From assembly GCF_963921235.1 (NCBI RefSeq), contig NC_086108.1:71426001-71490000 (forward strand): 64,000 nt of DNA, read 5' to 3'. Below the pieces are notes generated by a model. The model saw only the letters and a list, made by a program, of their open reading frames with translations, was not told the DNA's origin and did no database searches. Numbering within the stretch: position 1 is the first letter of the stretch; each line of letters opens with the position of its first letter. Shown one piece after another: positions 40,656-52,686 of this stretch. Source of the DNA: Mobula hypostoma. Taxonomy: Eukaryota. The position numbers were made by a program, and so were the translations under genes.

Positions 40656-41064
40656 AACTGAAAGAAGAGCTAGTAAGAGATTTGAAAGTGGGAGGGGGAG
40701 GGGGAGATCCGAAATGATAGGAGAAGACAGGATGGCACGAACATTGACTTCTCAAACTTCCGCTAATGCCCCACCTCCCCCTCGTACCCCATCCGTTATT
40801 TATTTATATACACACATTCTTTTTCTCTCTCTCCTTTTTCTCCCTCTGTCCCTCTCACTATACCTCTTGCCCATTGTCTGGGCTTTTATCCCCACCTCCC
40901 CCTTTTCTTTCTCCTTAGGCCTCCTGTCCCATGATCCTCTCATATCCCTTTTGCCAATCACCTGTCCAGTTCTTGGCTCCATCTCTCCCTCTCCTGTCTT
41001 CTCCTATCACTTTGGATGTCCCCCCCCCCCACTTTCAAATCTCTAACTATCTCTTCTTTCAGTT

Positions 41065-41100
41065 AGTCCTGACGAAGGGTCTCGGTCTGAAACGTCGACT
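41065..41100 (+). ncRNA. Minimal type I hammerhead ribozyme motif
   Basis: AGUC-CUGACGA-A-GGGU CUCG GUCU-GAAAC-GUC-GACU; stem II weakened to wobble pairs. Confidence 0.6.
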
Positions 41101-43087
41101 GTACCTCTTCCTAGAGATGCTGCCTGGCCTGCTGCATTCACCAGCAACTTTCATGTTTGTTGCTTGAAATTCCAGCATCTGCAGATTTCCTCATGAAGTA
41201 ATGGAGGCTGTGTGTGTCATAAAGTAAGAGGAAGAGATTATAGGAAAGTGGAAGATAGTTGTAACCATGGTGCAAGATAACGAGGTGGCAATGCTCATCT
41301 CCAGACAACATTATGGGTAGTCCAGGAAATGTTTCTGGAAGTGAATGATGATACCGAGAGGGGGCAGAGGGTGTGGTGTGCTCCCTTGCCTAACCAGCTC
41401 CACCTGTCACTGTTGTGGGGGAATTAATGCCAAGAATCCACCAATCCCGTTTGCAAGGTCTGGAGGTTAGAATAAATGTGGTTAAGTTTTTCCATTCGTG
41501 ACTTTGTGCCATGCTCTGTGACCAACAGGGCACAGGTGCAAATTGATTGTTTTATATGAGACCCAATATAATAAGAAATGTAGGTCAAACTTGCTGTGAA
41601 TTTGAAAGCAATGAAAGAGAAATGGCATTTTTCTGCTCTTACATTCGGCATTGTTGTATTCTGTAGACTAACCTGGGGTCACAGGTTGTAAGACTGCCCT
41701 GAAACTTCCTGCTAGTTTAACTGAATTATATCAGTTTACCTTCGGTGTTTGCACTTGAAGATTCACAGAAGCACAATGGGCCTTTGTCACTGCAACCAGT
41801 TACAAAATTATATTTACATACCAACTGAACAATGACCTCTTAAAGTAATGCTCACAGTTTTGGCATCACCATTATTGGGCTAAACCAATAGATTATAGAT
41901 AAGAGCTTAATGTTCTGCCTTGTTTTAGTAGGAAGTTTCCAAGCAAGCTGAGTTAAACAAACATGCCTGGAGTATTCTAATGACACTTGTTTGTTGAATG
42001 TGGCAGGTGCCGTAGTTGAAGTTCTCCTTGTTTTCCTTCAAGAATCTTTAAAAGAATAATCTCTGTTATGCAACGGCCTCAATATATCACCAATTGTTTA
42101 AATTTCCATTTTTCCCCTAGCTTATCAGTGTGAAGTAACACTCTGCTGGCATGACAATTTATCAACTTCCCACCTGTCAGGAATCAGCCAGAATCTCAGA
42201 TTATTCTGGACAGCTGTATAAGTAATCTGGATAAAAGCTGCACACATCTCCTCTTATATATCTCACATATATCTGAAATAATTTATACATTTAGCAGCTG
42301 CAAATGTTATACTGGATCACTTCTCTCGGAGACATTTCAATGATCTCAAAGGAATACATTCAGTGTGTGGGATTAGAGAATTTGGTGTGGCGGGGAGGAG
42401 TGGAAGCAACCGTCCTTTTGTCTTAGTCAGTACAATCTTACCTCAATAAATAAATGGTTCACTGAGGCACGTGCTTATTATACGGCACATTAATTAGAAT
42501 CAGCTAGATTCAAAGTATATTTGCCACACAGATAGTATAATACAAGGAATCAGATAACATCAGAGCAAAAGTTTTAGCAGCTTTGTGGACAGCACACTAT
42601 CTCCATTTGACCTGGTTCAGCTGGGCAGGCATGAGCAGGGTAATAAAAGCTTCCTGCTACCTTTGCTTAGAACTGTTTCTCGGTGTCAGCTCTGCTCTGA
42701 AACAGAAATTGGGGTCTGAAATTAGGCTTGGAATGGGAGCAACTGCCTCACTGACATCGGTGGGGAGTGGGAGCAAATGAGTGGGAATAGCACGAGTGAT
42801 ACAGTAAAGGGAAGGGATGGAAAGGGACTAGTGGCCACAATTATTTCATAAAGAGCAGAGAGTCCAGAGAGGAAAGCAGAAAGAGAAGAAAGAAGGAAGA
42901 GAACAGCACTTCCATGGCATCCTCTTGATTTTATGATTTCAAGGCACCAAAGCCACCCCACAGAAATATTTTGACAAAGGAAACCACAATACAATGTAGA
43001 CAAAAGTGGTGTTAAAGGGAGGAGAAGCAACTCTACAAATAAGATGCCACAAGAAATGAATTATTAGAGTCAGGTAAGTTATATCTA

Positions 43088-43116
43088 ATAATAATGATAA
43101 TAATAATAATTATAAT
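43088..43116. repeat. Short imperfect (AAT)n microsatellite
   Basis: AATAATAATGATAATAATAATAATTATAAT. Confidence 0.8.
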
Positions 43117-44541
43117 CAAGGGTAATGTTACTCAGAAGGCATTTTGAATGCTGCAGCATTCTCTGAAACATAACTAAGATTGAAATCAAATGATGTGGGA
43201 TAGATCTTCATTTTTAGTTGCTAGCACTAAACAAGCTGCTGATGAGTTGTTTTCTAAAATGTTCGGTTGAATCTAACAGATGTCAAACATTGCAGAAGTC
43301 GTTTAATGCTGGCCCCAAAGATAAAATCCGCTCCTAACTGTCTGTCACTGAAGTAAAGTGTGTAGGTTAAGGATTTCTATTGAACAATCATCAGATCAAA
43401 CAAACAACATTTTGAATTGGTAGGTCAGTTGCTTATAAATTTGGATACCATCTATCTTTAACATTAGAGTCCATTTCAGGGTCTTCGTCGTGATTCTAAT
43501 ATCAGCTGAGCCTATAATGTGAGCCGTCAGAAAATTTGGTGTGGAAGATCTAGTCATTTGGACCTACTTGTGGCTAATTACAGTGTCATATTAATAAAAC
43601 CTCAGAGAATGTTTTAATAATCCGTGGAAGCTGTGGAAACTTGGCCCGTTTGTCAGTCCCAGCAGATGGTGACAACTATAAGGAGTGCATTTGGAAATCA
43701 CGGTCAATAGCTTTCACCCACAATGTTCACTCATTGGAACATTACAGGCTTTAAACCCACAGCTTCTCGCAGAGCAGTTCTTATCCTGGTAGAAACACTG
43801 GGATTACAGAATCACTCCTGAAGAACCAACATTATAACTGGCCCTTAATCCAACCCTTTGAAATCTATAATGGGGTAAGCTTTACAGAAAGTGTACAAGG
43901 CACTAATGAGACCACATCTAAAAGACAGTGAACAAGTTGATCCCCATATTCAAGGAAAAATGATATTTTATTGGAGATGGTTTACTTTACTTTATACTTT
44001 ATACTTTATTGTCGCCAAACAATTGGCACTAGAATGTACACTCATCACAGCAATATTTGATTCTGCACTTCACACTCCCTGGATTACAAATGTTAAATAT
44101 TAAAAATATTTAAAATAGTTAAAATTAGTAAATATTAAAAAATTAACTTATAAATCATAAATAGAAAACAGGAAAATGGGAAGTAAAGTAGTGCAAAAAA
44201 GCCGAGAGACAGGTCCAGATGTTTTGGAGGATACGGTCCAGATCCAGGACAGGATCCGTTCAGCAGTCTTATCACAGTTGGAAAGAAGCTGCTCCCAAAT
44301 CTGGCCGTACGAGTCTTCAAGCTCCTGAACCTTCTCCCGGAGGGAAGAGGGACGAAAAGTGTGTTGACTGGGTGGGTCGTGTCCTTGATTATCCTGGCAG
44401 CACTGCTCCAACAGCGTGCGGTGTAAAGTGAGTCCAAGGACGGAAACAACAGGAATTATTCAGATGCTGGAAATTCAAGTAACACACATCAAAGTTGCTG
44501 GTGAATGCAGCAGGCCAGGCAGCATCTATTGGAAGAGGTAC

Positions 44542-44577
44542 AGTCGACGTTTCGGGCCGAGACCCTTCGTCAGGACT
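44542..44577 (-). ncRNA. Minimal type I hammerhead ribozyme motif (best-preserved copy)
   Basis: Reverse complement AGUC-CUGACGA-A-GGGU CUCG GCCC-GAAAC-GUC-GACU: stem I AGUC/GACU, core CUGANGA and GAAA, loopless palindromic stem III ACGU, GUC cleavage triplet. Confidence 0.7.
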
Positions 44578-44665
44578 AACTGAAGGAAGAGTTAGTAAGA
44601 CATTTGAAAGTGGGAGGGGGAGGCCACTCCCACTTTCAAATCTCTTACTAACTCTTCCTTCAGTT

Positions 44666-44701
44666 AGTCCTGACGAAGGGTCTCAGCCTGAAATGTCGAC
44701 T
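44666..44701 (+). ncRNA. Degenerate minimal hammerhead motif
   Basis: AGUC-CUGACGA-AGGGUCUCAGCCU-GAAAU-GUC-GACU. Confidence 0.5.
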
Positions 44702-46619
44702 GTACCTCTTCCTAGAGATGCTGCCTGGCCTGCCGCGTCCACGGACAGAAGATTGGTTTGTGTGATGTGCTGCACCATGTTCATGATCTTCTGCAGCTTC
44801 TTTCAGTCTTGGACAGGACAACTTCCATATCAGGTTGTGATGCACCCTAGAAGAATGCTTTCTACGGTGCATCTATAAAAATTAGTGAGGGTTTTAGGGG
44901 ACAGGCCAAATTTCTTTAGTTTTCTCAGGAAGTAAAGGCGCTGGTGGGCCTTCTTGGCAGTGAGCTCTGCTTGGTTGGACCAAGTCAGGTCATTTGTGAT
45001 ATTGACCCCGAGGAACTTAAAGCTTTTGACCTGTTCCACTTGCGCACCACTGATGTAAATTGGGTCGTGCGGTCCGCTACTCCTTCTGAAGTCAACAACC
45101 AATTCCTTCGTCTTGCTGACGTTGAGGGATAGGTTATTGTCTTTGCACCATGCCACCAGGTTCTTAATTTCCTCTCTGTACTCAAACTCATCATTACCCG
45201 AGATACGGCCTACAATTGTTGTGTCGTCAGCAAACTTAAATATTGAGTTTGATGGAAACTTTGCTACACAATCATGGGTGTACAGTGAGTACAGCAGGGG
45301 GTTGAGTACACAGCCTTGTGGGGCATCGGTGCTCAGAGTGATTGTAGAGGAGAGCTTGTCCCCTATTTTTACAGCCTGGGTCCTGTCTGTGAGGAAGTTG
45401 AAGATTCAGCTGCAGATCTGAGTGCTAAGGCCCAGGTTCCAGAGCTTAAGAATCAGTTTATTTGGAATGATGGTATTAAAGGCAGAGCTGTAGTCAATGA
45501 AAAGGAGCCTTATGTATGTGTCTTTATTCTCCAGGTGTTCTAAGGAGGAACGTAGGGCCAGAGAGATGGCATCTGCCGTTGACCTGTTGCTTCGGTAGGC
45601 AAATTGCAAAGCATCGAGGTTGACCGGTAGGTTGTGGTTGATGTGTGCCATAACCAATCTCTCAAAGCACTTCATAGCAATTGATGTCAGAGCCACAAGT
45701 TGATAGTCATTCAGGCATGCCTTGCTCTTCGGCACTGGGATTATCATTGCCTTCTTAAAGAGGGGATCTTAGATTGAAGCAAGGAGCAGCTGAAGATGTC
45801 AGCTAACACTCCAGCTAGCTCGCTTGCACAGGCTCGGAGAACCCATCCCAGGACGCCATCTGGGCCTGTCGCCTTCCTTGGATTTATCTTCAGGAAGGCC
45901 CTTTTAATGTCCTCCTTGGTGACGATGAATCTCGATGCCACCAGGTCCGGTTCATCCGGAGGGAGCGGGACGCTCCTCTTCTGTTCGAATTTTGCATATT
46001 ATATGTTAAGTTCGTCAGGAAGAGAAGTGCCACAGTTATTGATATTCCCAGCCTTTTCTTTGCGTCCAGTGATCTCATTTAGACCCTGCCATAGTCTACT
46101 AGCATCCCTCTGGTTAGCCTGGGCTTCCAACTTGGCTCGATATTTCCTCTTGGCGCCCTTCCGGAGTGCACGCCTGGATTCCGTATAGCGACTGGTATCC
46201 CTGGACCTCCCTCTTCAGATTCTGTTTGTAAGCCGGGAGGAGGAGTACGGCCTGATGGTCCGATTTTCCTAAGTGAGGTTAATTACTCATGGTCTAGCAT
46301 GGTTGAGGAAAATAGAAAACAGATAAAGTTTAGAAGTTTGAAAGCAGGAGCTGAGGAAATGTGTGTTATGCCAGATCATTTCATAATGAAAGAGTGGAAT
46401 GAAATGAAGGATTAATGATTGGAAATTAATTGCGAGTTTAAGAAAAGGAGAGGACTGAGTTTCAGAAGGCTGAAGAAAGATTTGGATTTGGGGGAGCTTG
46501 GATCATCCTACCCATTGTAAAATGTTGATCTTGCTGACTAAAATGCAGTGATGAGTGATAAGAGGTCAACCTATATGAATCCATTTGTAACATAATGAGC
46601 ACTGATGACTAATGGAACT

Positions 46620-47060
46620 CGGTGCTATAACGAGAGGTTGGACAAACTTGGGTTGCTTTCTCTGGAGCGACAGAGGCTGAGAGGAGATCTGATAAAGTTT
46701 TATAACATTATGAGAGGCATGGATAGAGTAGATAGATAGTATCTTTCTCCTAGGGTTGAAATGTCTACTACCGGGGGCATGCATTTAAGGTGAGGGAGTA
46801 TGCTCAAAGGAGGTTGAGGAGCAAGTGTTTTTACACAGAGAGTGGTGGGTGCCTGGGGTGGTGGTAGAGGCAGATACATTAAGGATTTTTAAGTAACGTT
46901 TAGATAGGCACATGAATGTAAGGGAAATGGAAGGATATGGACATTGTGCAGGCAGAAGGGATTAAGTATTTGATTATTAATTTGATTGGTTCAGCACAAC
47001 ATTGTGGGCTGAAGGGCCTGTTTGTGTGCTGTACAGTCCGGTCCTGTGTTCTATGTTCGG
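46620..47060 (+). mobile_element. CR1 3' fragment
   Basis: ERLDKLG..SLE..RLRGDLI DNA and a CR1-type 3' UTR (GGGCTGAAGGGCCTG). Confidence 0.85.
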
Positions 47061-47618
47061 TGCTTGATGGGCTGTGCTGTTACCTGCACAACACCACCAA
47101 GAAATTTGTCCCCAGTTGGTGGAACTAAGCATACTGAACAGTGACAGCAGTGCTCTGGTTTCAAACTTCATTCTAATGAAATCAATGGGGTGAATCTCAG
47201 AGGTAGAGTATAATGCGTTGTACATTCAGTGTGATTTACTGAGGATGACTGTCTATACAAGTGTGTCTTCGTTGAGCTCAGCCCTCAGCATGGACGTTTC
47301 AGTTTAACATGTCAAAAAACATCACCAAGGAAATGCATTTGTAAATACAACCACTCAAGATATACTAAGACTGATTACTTATGTATATTTGGAGCGGAGC
47401 TGCAATCTTCAAGCTCAATATTCCTTGTCCGGGCTGAGAACAGGCCCTGATTCCTATACTGTCCTGAGGGTCAGGATGAAAGCATGGTCTGATTGGTTGA
47501 AGAGTCACAGCCTGAAACGTTGACTGTTTATTTCTGTCCACTGATGCTGCCTAATCTTCTGAGTTCCTCCACCGTTTTGTGTGTGTTGATCTAGATTTCC
47601 ATATCTGCAGAATCTCTT

Positions 47619-48045
47619 TGTCATGGCCCCGACTGTTAATTCCCCATTTTCTCCTAATTCCCTTTGATGGCAGCACACCTGGTTCTCATCAAGACCAGCA
47701 GCATAAAAACCCCGGCTTTGCATCCACTCATTGCCAGATTGTTGTTTAGCCAGTGTGGTAATTAATGTTCCCAGCCACTTAGGATTGTGTATTCTAAGTT
47801 TTACTTCAGTACTGAGGTTTACCTGTGTAACTCTGTCTCTCCGTGTCAAGAAAAGTATTGTCTACCGCTTGCCTTTCTACGCACTGTGTCAAGATAAGGG
47901 TTGCCTGCCGCCTGCCTTTCCTCTTGCCGTTCAACTCCAGCAACGCTTCGTGTCAGGTTCCAGCTACGCCCACGTCCTCATCTGCATCCTAACTGTGTCT
48001 CCATGCCAGTGTCCTGCATATGGGTTTGCCCCATTCCTTGCAACA
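47619..48045 (+). repeat. 5' LTR
   Basis: TG...CA; ungapped match to 52687..53113 with about 42 mismatches by hand count, mostly transitions. Confidence 0.95.
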
Positions 48046-51000
48046 GAATGATCTGGCCACCATGGACCCAGTGGACACGAATACCCTTCAGCAAGCCCTC
48101 GCCAGCCAAGGTTCCCTACTGGGACAGCATGACCAACTCCTCCGGGAGGTCATGGAGAGCCTCCGTTCCCTGTCTGCTCACGTCACGCAGATCGGTAACC
48201 AGATGGACAAGGTCTACACTCATTTTACTCAACCCACTCCTGGAACCCTGTCTAACCAGCCCAGACAGCCTGTAGCAGCAACCCCCCACGTGTCACCAAC
48301 ACCCCCGACCAGAGAGCCTCACGTCCCTGAGCCGGAGCACTACGCTGGAGATTTAGGGAAGTGCCAGGGTTTCCTCCTTCAGTGCTCCCTGGTGTTTGAA
48401 AAGCAGTCATCAACTTACTCCACAGATAAGTCAAAGATTGCTTATATCATGGGGTTGTTGCGGGGAAGTGCATTAGCATGGGCCACAGCAGTCTGGGACA
48501 ACCAACTGGATATCTGATCTTTTTTCGCCACTTTTATCGCGGAAATGAGAAAAATCTTTGACCACCCCACCTGTGGTAAAGAAGCCGCCAAGCATCTACT
48601 CACTCTCCGCCAGGGCTCCCGCAGTGTTGCCCAATATTCCGTGGAGTTCCGGACATTGGCAGCCGACTCGGGGTGGAACAATGGGTCACTCCAGGGGGTT
48701 TTTCTGAATGGACCCAGCGACATGGTGAAAGATGAGTTGGCGGCAAGAGACGACACCGACAGCCTTATCTCCTGATCTCCTTAGCCACCATGTTGAACAA
48801 TTGCCTCCGAGGATGTCATAGAGAAAGAACTGGTCATCCATCACCTTTGGCTACTTCTCGGCACTCATTTATGCCTCCCACCAGAACAAGCCTCTCTCCT
48901 CCTTCTGCAGCCCGGGTAGCTCCCAGCCCTGCTGTTTCCACTGCCTCGGGAGAGGAACCCACGCAACTGGGACGGAACTGCCTTTCTCCCACAGAACGAC
49001 CCCAGAGAATGAGAGCGGCTGAGTGCCTATATTGCGGTCAGTCCGGCCACTTCCTTGCCACCTGCCCCCTTCGGCCAAGAAGGGAGGACTTACCAGTAGA
49101 AAGGGGACCCCTGGTGAAGGGATCCTGGTCCCTTCCGTACCCCGACCCCGGATGCAGCTTCACTCTGTGTCACAACGACCAGTCCCTGCCTCTGTTAGCA
49201 CTACTGGACTTGGGCACTGAGGGAAACTTTTTGGATGAAAACTTAGCCTTCCAAGCCGGGATTCCACGTGAGCCATTGTGCGCCCCCCCCGCCCCCGGAC
49301 ACCTGGGCACTGGACGGTAGACTACTGGCCCGAGTCACACACTGTATGGAACCTCTTCCACTCCTGCTCTCTGGAAACCATCGGGAACAGGTACGATTCA
49401 ATTTAATTTCCTCTCTTCAAGCCCCTGTAGTTCTTGGTTATCCCTGGTTAAGCCGCCATAACCCCCACATCGACTGGCCCACTGGGAAGATAGTCAGCAG
49501 GAGTTCGTTCTGCCATTCCACTTGTCTACGATCAGCCCTTTCCCCAGTGGAGGTCACTGCGACCTCGTCCGCCTCTGAGCCTCCTGACTTATCCAAGGTT
49601 CCAGTAGAGTATCACGATCTGGGAGAAGTGTTTAGCAAGCAACGGGCTCTTTCCCTGCCTCCACATCGCCTTACGATTGCACAACTGACCTTCTCCTCGG
49701 AGACCCTCTACCCACCAGCCGGCTGTACAACCTGTCCCGGCCAGAAAGAGAAGCTATGGAGATGTATGTGAATGACTCCCTCGTGGCTGGCATTATCCGA
49801 GCCTCATCTTCCCCTGTAGGCGCAGGTTTCTTCTTTGTGGGGAAGAAAGACAGCTCACTGCGACCCCGCATTGACTATCGTGGCCTGAACAGCATCACCA
49901 TAAAGAATAAGTATCCCCTGCCCCTTATCAACTCTGCTTTTGAGCCCCTTCACAGAGCCACAATTTTCTCTAAGTTGGATCTACAGAATGCCTATCACCT
50001 GGTCAGGATAAGGGAGGGAGATGAATGGAAAACAGCTTTTAACACCCCCCCCCCCAGTCATTTCGAATATCCGGTCATGCCATTCAGTCTCACCAATGCC
50101 CCCACCATCTTCCAAGCCCTGGTAAGCAACGTCCTTAGGAACTTTATTAACCGTTTTGTTTTCGTTTATTTGGACGACATCCTAATCTTCACCCGTAATC
50201 TTCAGGAACACACCCACCACGTCTGTTAGGTTCTTCAGAGGCTTTTGGAGAACAAGCTGTTCTTTAAGGCAGAGAAGTGTGAGTTCCATGCCCGTTCTGT
50301 CAGTTTCCTGGGGTACATTGAGAGCAGGGAGGTGAGGGCAGATCCGGAAAAGATCCGGGCTGTGGCGGAGTGGCCCAAACCCATGACGCTCAAACAACTC
50401 CAGTGATTTCTGGGGTTCGCAAACTTCTACCGTCGCTTCATCAGGGATTACAGCCGGGTGTCAGCGCCCCTTACTCAGCTCACCTCTCCTGCGACTCCTT
50501 TTCACTGGATCCCCGAAGTGGACTCAGCCTTCTCGGAGCTGAAGAGGCGTTTCACCTCCACTCCCATCCTGGTCCAGCCAGACCCCTCTCGCCAATTCAT
50601 TGTGGAAGTCGACGCCTCCGACTCTGGGGTGGGAGAGGTCCTCTCCCAACGCTCTGGCCCAGACCAAAAGCTCCATCCCTGTGCCTTTTTCTCTCGCCGT
50701 CTATCCCCCGCTGAACGGAACTACGATGTTGAGTACTGCGAGATGCTGGCCGTCAAACTTGCCTTGGAGGAGTGGAGGCACTGGCTGGAGGGAGCGGAAC
50801 ATCCATTCACCGTCTAGACGGATCATAAGAACCTGGCATACATCCAAACAGCTAAACGCCTTAACTCCCGCCAAGCCCGTTGGGCACTATTTTTTGGCTG
50901 TTTCAAATTCACCCTCACCTATCATCCTGGTTCCAAGAACGGGAAGCCAGATACTCTCTCTTGTCAATACATCTCCGAGGAGGACTCTTCCAACCCTGAT

Positions 51001-52111
51001 ACCATCCTTCCACCATCCTGTGTTGTGGCTGCCCTCACCTGGGAGATCGAATCCATAGTCAAGGAGGCCCAGTGGACTCAACCTGACCCAGGCAATGGAC
51101 CCTCCAATCGCCTCTTTGTGCCTGACTCTGTCCAGTCTCAGGTTCTCCAGTGGGGGCATACTTTCCGTTTCCCCTGCCATCCCGGAATCGATTGAACTCT
51201 GTCCCTTCTGAAGCGACACTTCTGGTGGCCCACCATGGACGCTGACACTTGCTCCTTCGTCTCTGCCTGTTCTGTGTGTGCCCGTGGATAAGTCTCCCAC
51301 CGGCCACCTCTTGGGTTGCTTTGTCCCCTACCTGTCCCTGGCCGCCCTTGGTCCCACATTGCTCTGGATTTCGTCACTGGACTGCCCCCTTCACATGGTA
51401 GCACAGCTATACTCACCGTGGTGGACCGTATCTCCAAAGCCGTGCACTTCGTAGCCCTTCCCAAACTCCCTACAGCCCGTGAGACAGCTGACCTCCTTGA
51501 TCAACACATCTTCCACCTTCATGGAATTCCCTCTGACATTGTTTCTGACCAGGGCCCCCAATTTATCTCTTAAGTCTGGAAACCCTTCTGTCAAGCCCTC
51601 AGGGCTTCAGTAAGTCTGTCTTCCAGTTTCCATCCACGGACTAACGGGCAAATGGAGCGAGCAAATCAGCATTTGGAAGCAGCACTGTGCTGCATATCTG
51701 CCAACAACCTGTCATCCTGGAGCACCCATCTCACTTGGGTGGAGTACGCCCACAACTCCCTGGTCAGCACCGCCACAGGCAGGTCTTCCTTCGAATTATC
51801 AACCCCTTCTGTTTCCTGCCCATGAAGACAACATCACTGTGCCTTCAGTTCAGGCCCATCTCCGCCGGTGCCGCAAGATCTTGAAGGATGCGCGCGCGGC
51901 CCTGCTCCGCTCAGCCGACCGCAACCGGAGGATTGCCGATTGCCACTGAGTTCCAGTGCCCAACTATCAGCCTGGTCAGAAGGTTTGGCTCTCTTCAAGA
52001 CACATCCCTCTCAAGAATGAATCCAAGAAACTCGCCCCTCGTTACATCGGACCATTCGAAATCGTGAGCCTCATCAACCCCTTGGTGGTCAAACTCAAAC
52101 TGCCCAGATCT

Positions 52112-52366
52112 CCTTATTCAGGTGGATATTCTCTAACTGTTGCTGAAGAGCAGCAGGCTTCACATTATAATAGGCAGCCTGTTCCAAGATAAAACATACA
52201 GTTTCCAACACCAAGCGAAGCTCATGCTTTTCCAGACAAAGTGCTGCTTGAAGCTTTTCCTTTTCTTCTTCATTAAGTGAATGTTCACCCTTACGAGACA
52301 GTAGTCGTGGAGATTTGCCAGTATCAAGTTCATTTATCAACACCACAGCTTCCTTTATGCTCTGCG
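52112..52366 (-). pseudogene. COMMD10: Intronless COMMD10 coding fragment inserted antisense inside the Gypsy pol
   Basis: [85 protein letters not shown] matches recalled COMMD10 ([88 protein letters not shown]). Removing it restores Gypsy [21 protein letters not shown]. Confidence 0.92.
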
Positions 52367-52686
52367 TCTATGCACATTCATCCCACGTTCCACGTCTCTC
52401 AACTGAAACCTGTGTCTTTCAGCCCTTTGTGCCCTCCCGCTGAACCTCCTCCACCCACCCGGGTCATTGACGACTACCCAGCCTACACCGTCCGGTGAAT
52501 ACTGGATGTGTGCCGCTGAGGTAGGGGTCTCCAGTACCTGGTCGATTGGGAGCGATACAGTCCTGAGGAGCACACCTGGATTCCCCGCTCCTTCAGCTTG
52601 GACCCTTCCCTCATCCGAGATTTCCATTGAAACAATCTGGACAAGCCTGGTGGTTTGCCTGGAGACTCCCGTTGAGGGGAGACTAG

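Larger units (their letters stand above)
40560..41195 (+). mobile_element. Penelope-like element 3' end plus pseudo-LTR with inverted 5' copy
   Basis: TSD AAGTAATGGA (40550-40559 / 41196-41205); inverted arms about 40560-40730 and 40990-41160; ORF end DG.NIDFSNFR* at about 40730-40766. Confidence 0.8.
44446..44736. mobile_element. Fold-back Penelope-like insert with two opposed hammerhead motifs
   Basis: TSD GTCCAAGGACGGAA / GTCCACGGACAGAA (44432-44445 / 44737-44750, 12 of 14 identical); inverted arms meeting near 44620. Confidence 0.8.
43981..46280 (-). mobile_element. Rex1/Babar LINE interrupted by a Penelope-like insert
   Basis: [41 protein letters not shown] and RLYFLRKLKKF motifs; (TAAAG)-type tail at 43981-44010. 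Confidence 0.92.

Noticed and set aside
47505..48051. Paired ORFs of 106-144 aa repeated at 52483-53166
   Set aside because: These are incidental frames within the two LTR copies.
52112..52366. Functional link between LURAP1 and COMMD10 through NF-kB signalling
   Set aside because: Proximity of 35 kb is most simply coincidence; nothing in the sequence connects them.
51956..52498. Integrase-COMMD10 fusion protein
   Set aside because: The insert is antisense and puts a stop (52190-52192) in the pol frame, although its net length is a multiple of 3.
48062..52630. PEG10/RTL1-like domesticated gene
   Set aside because: Paired LTRs, TSD and disrupted frames show a decayed retrotransposon.
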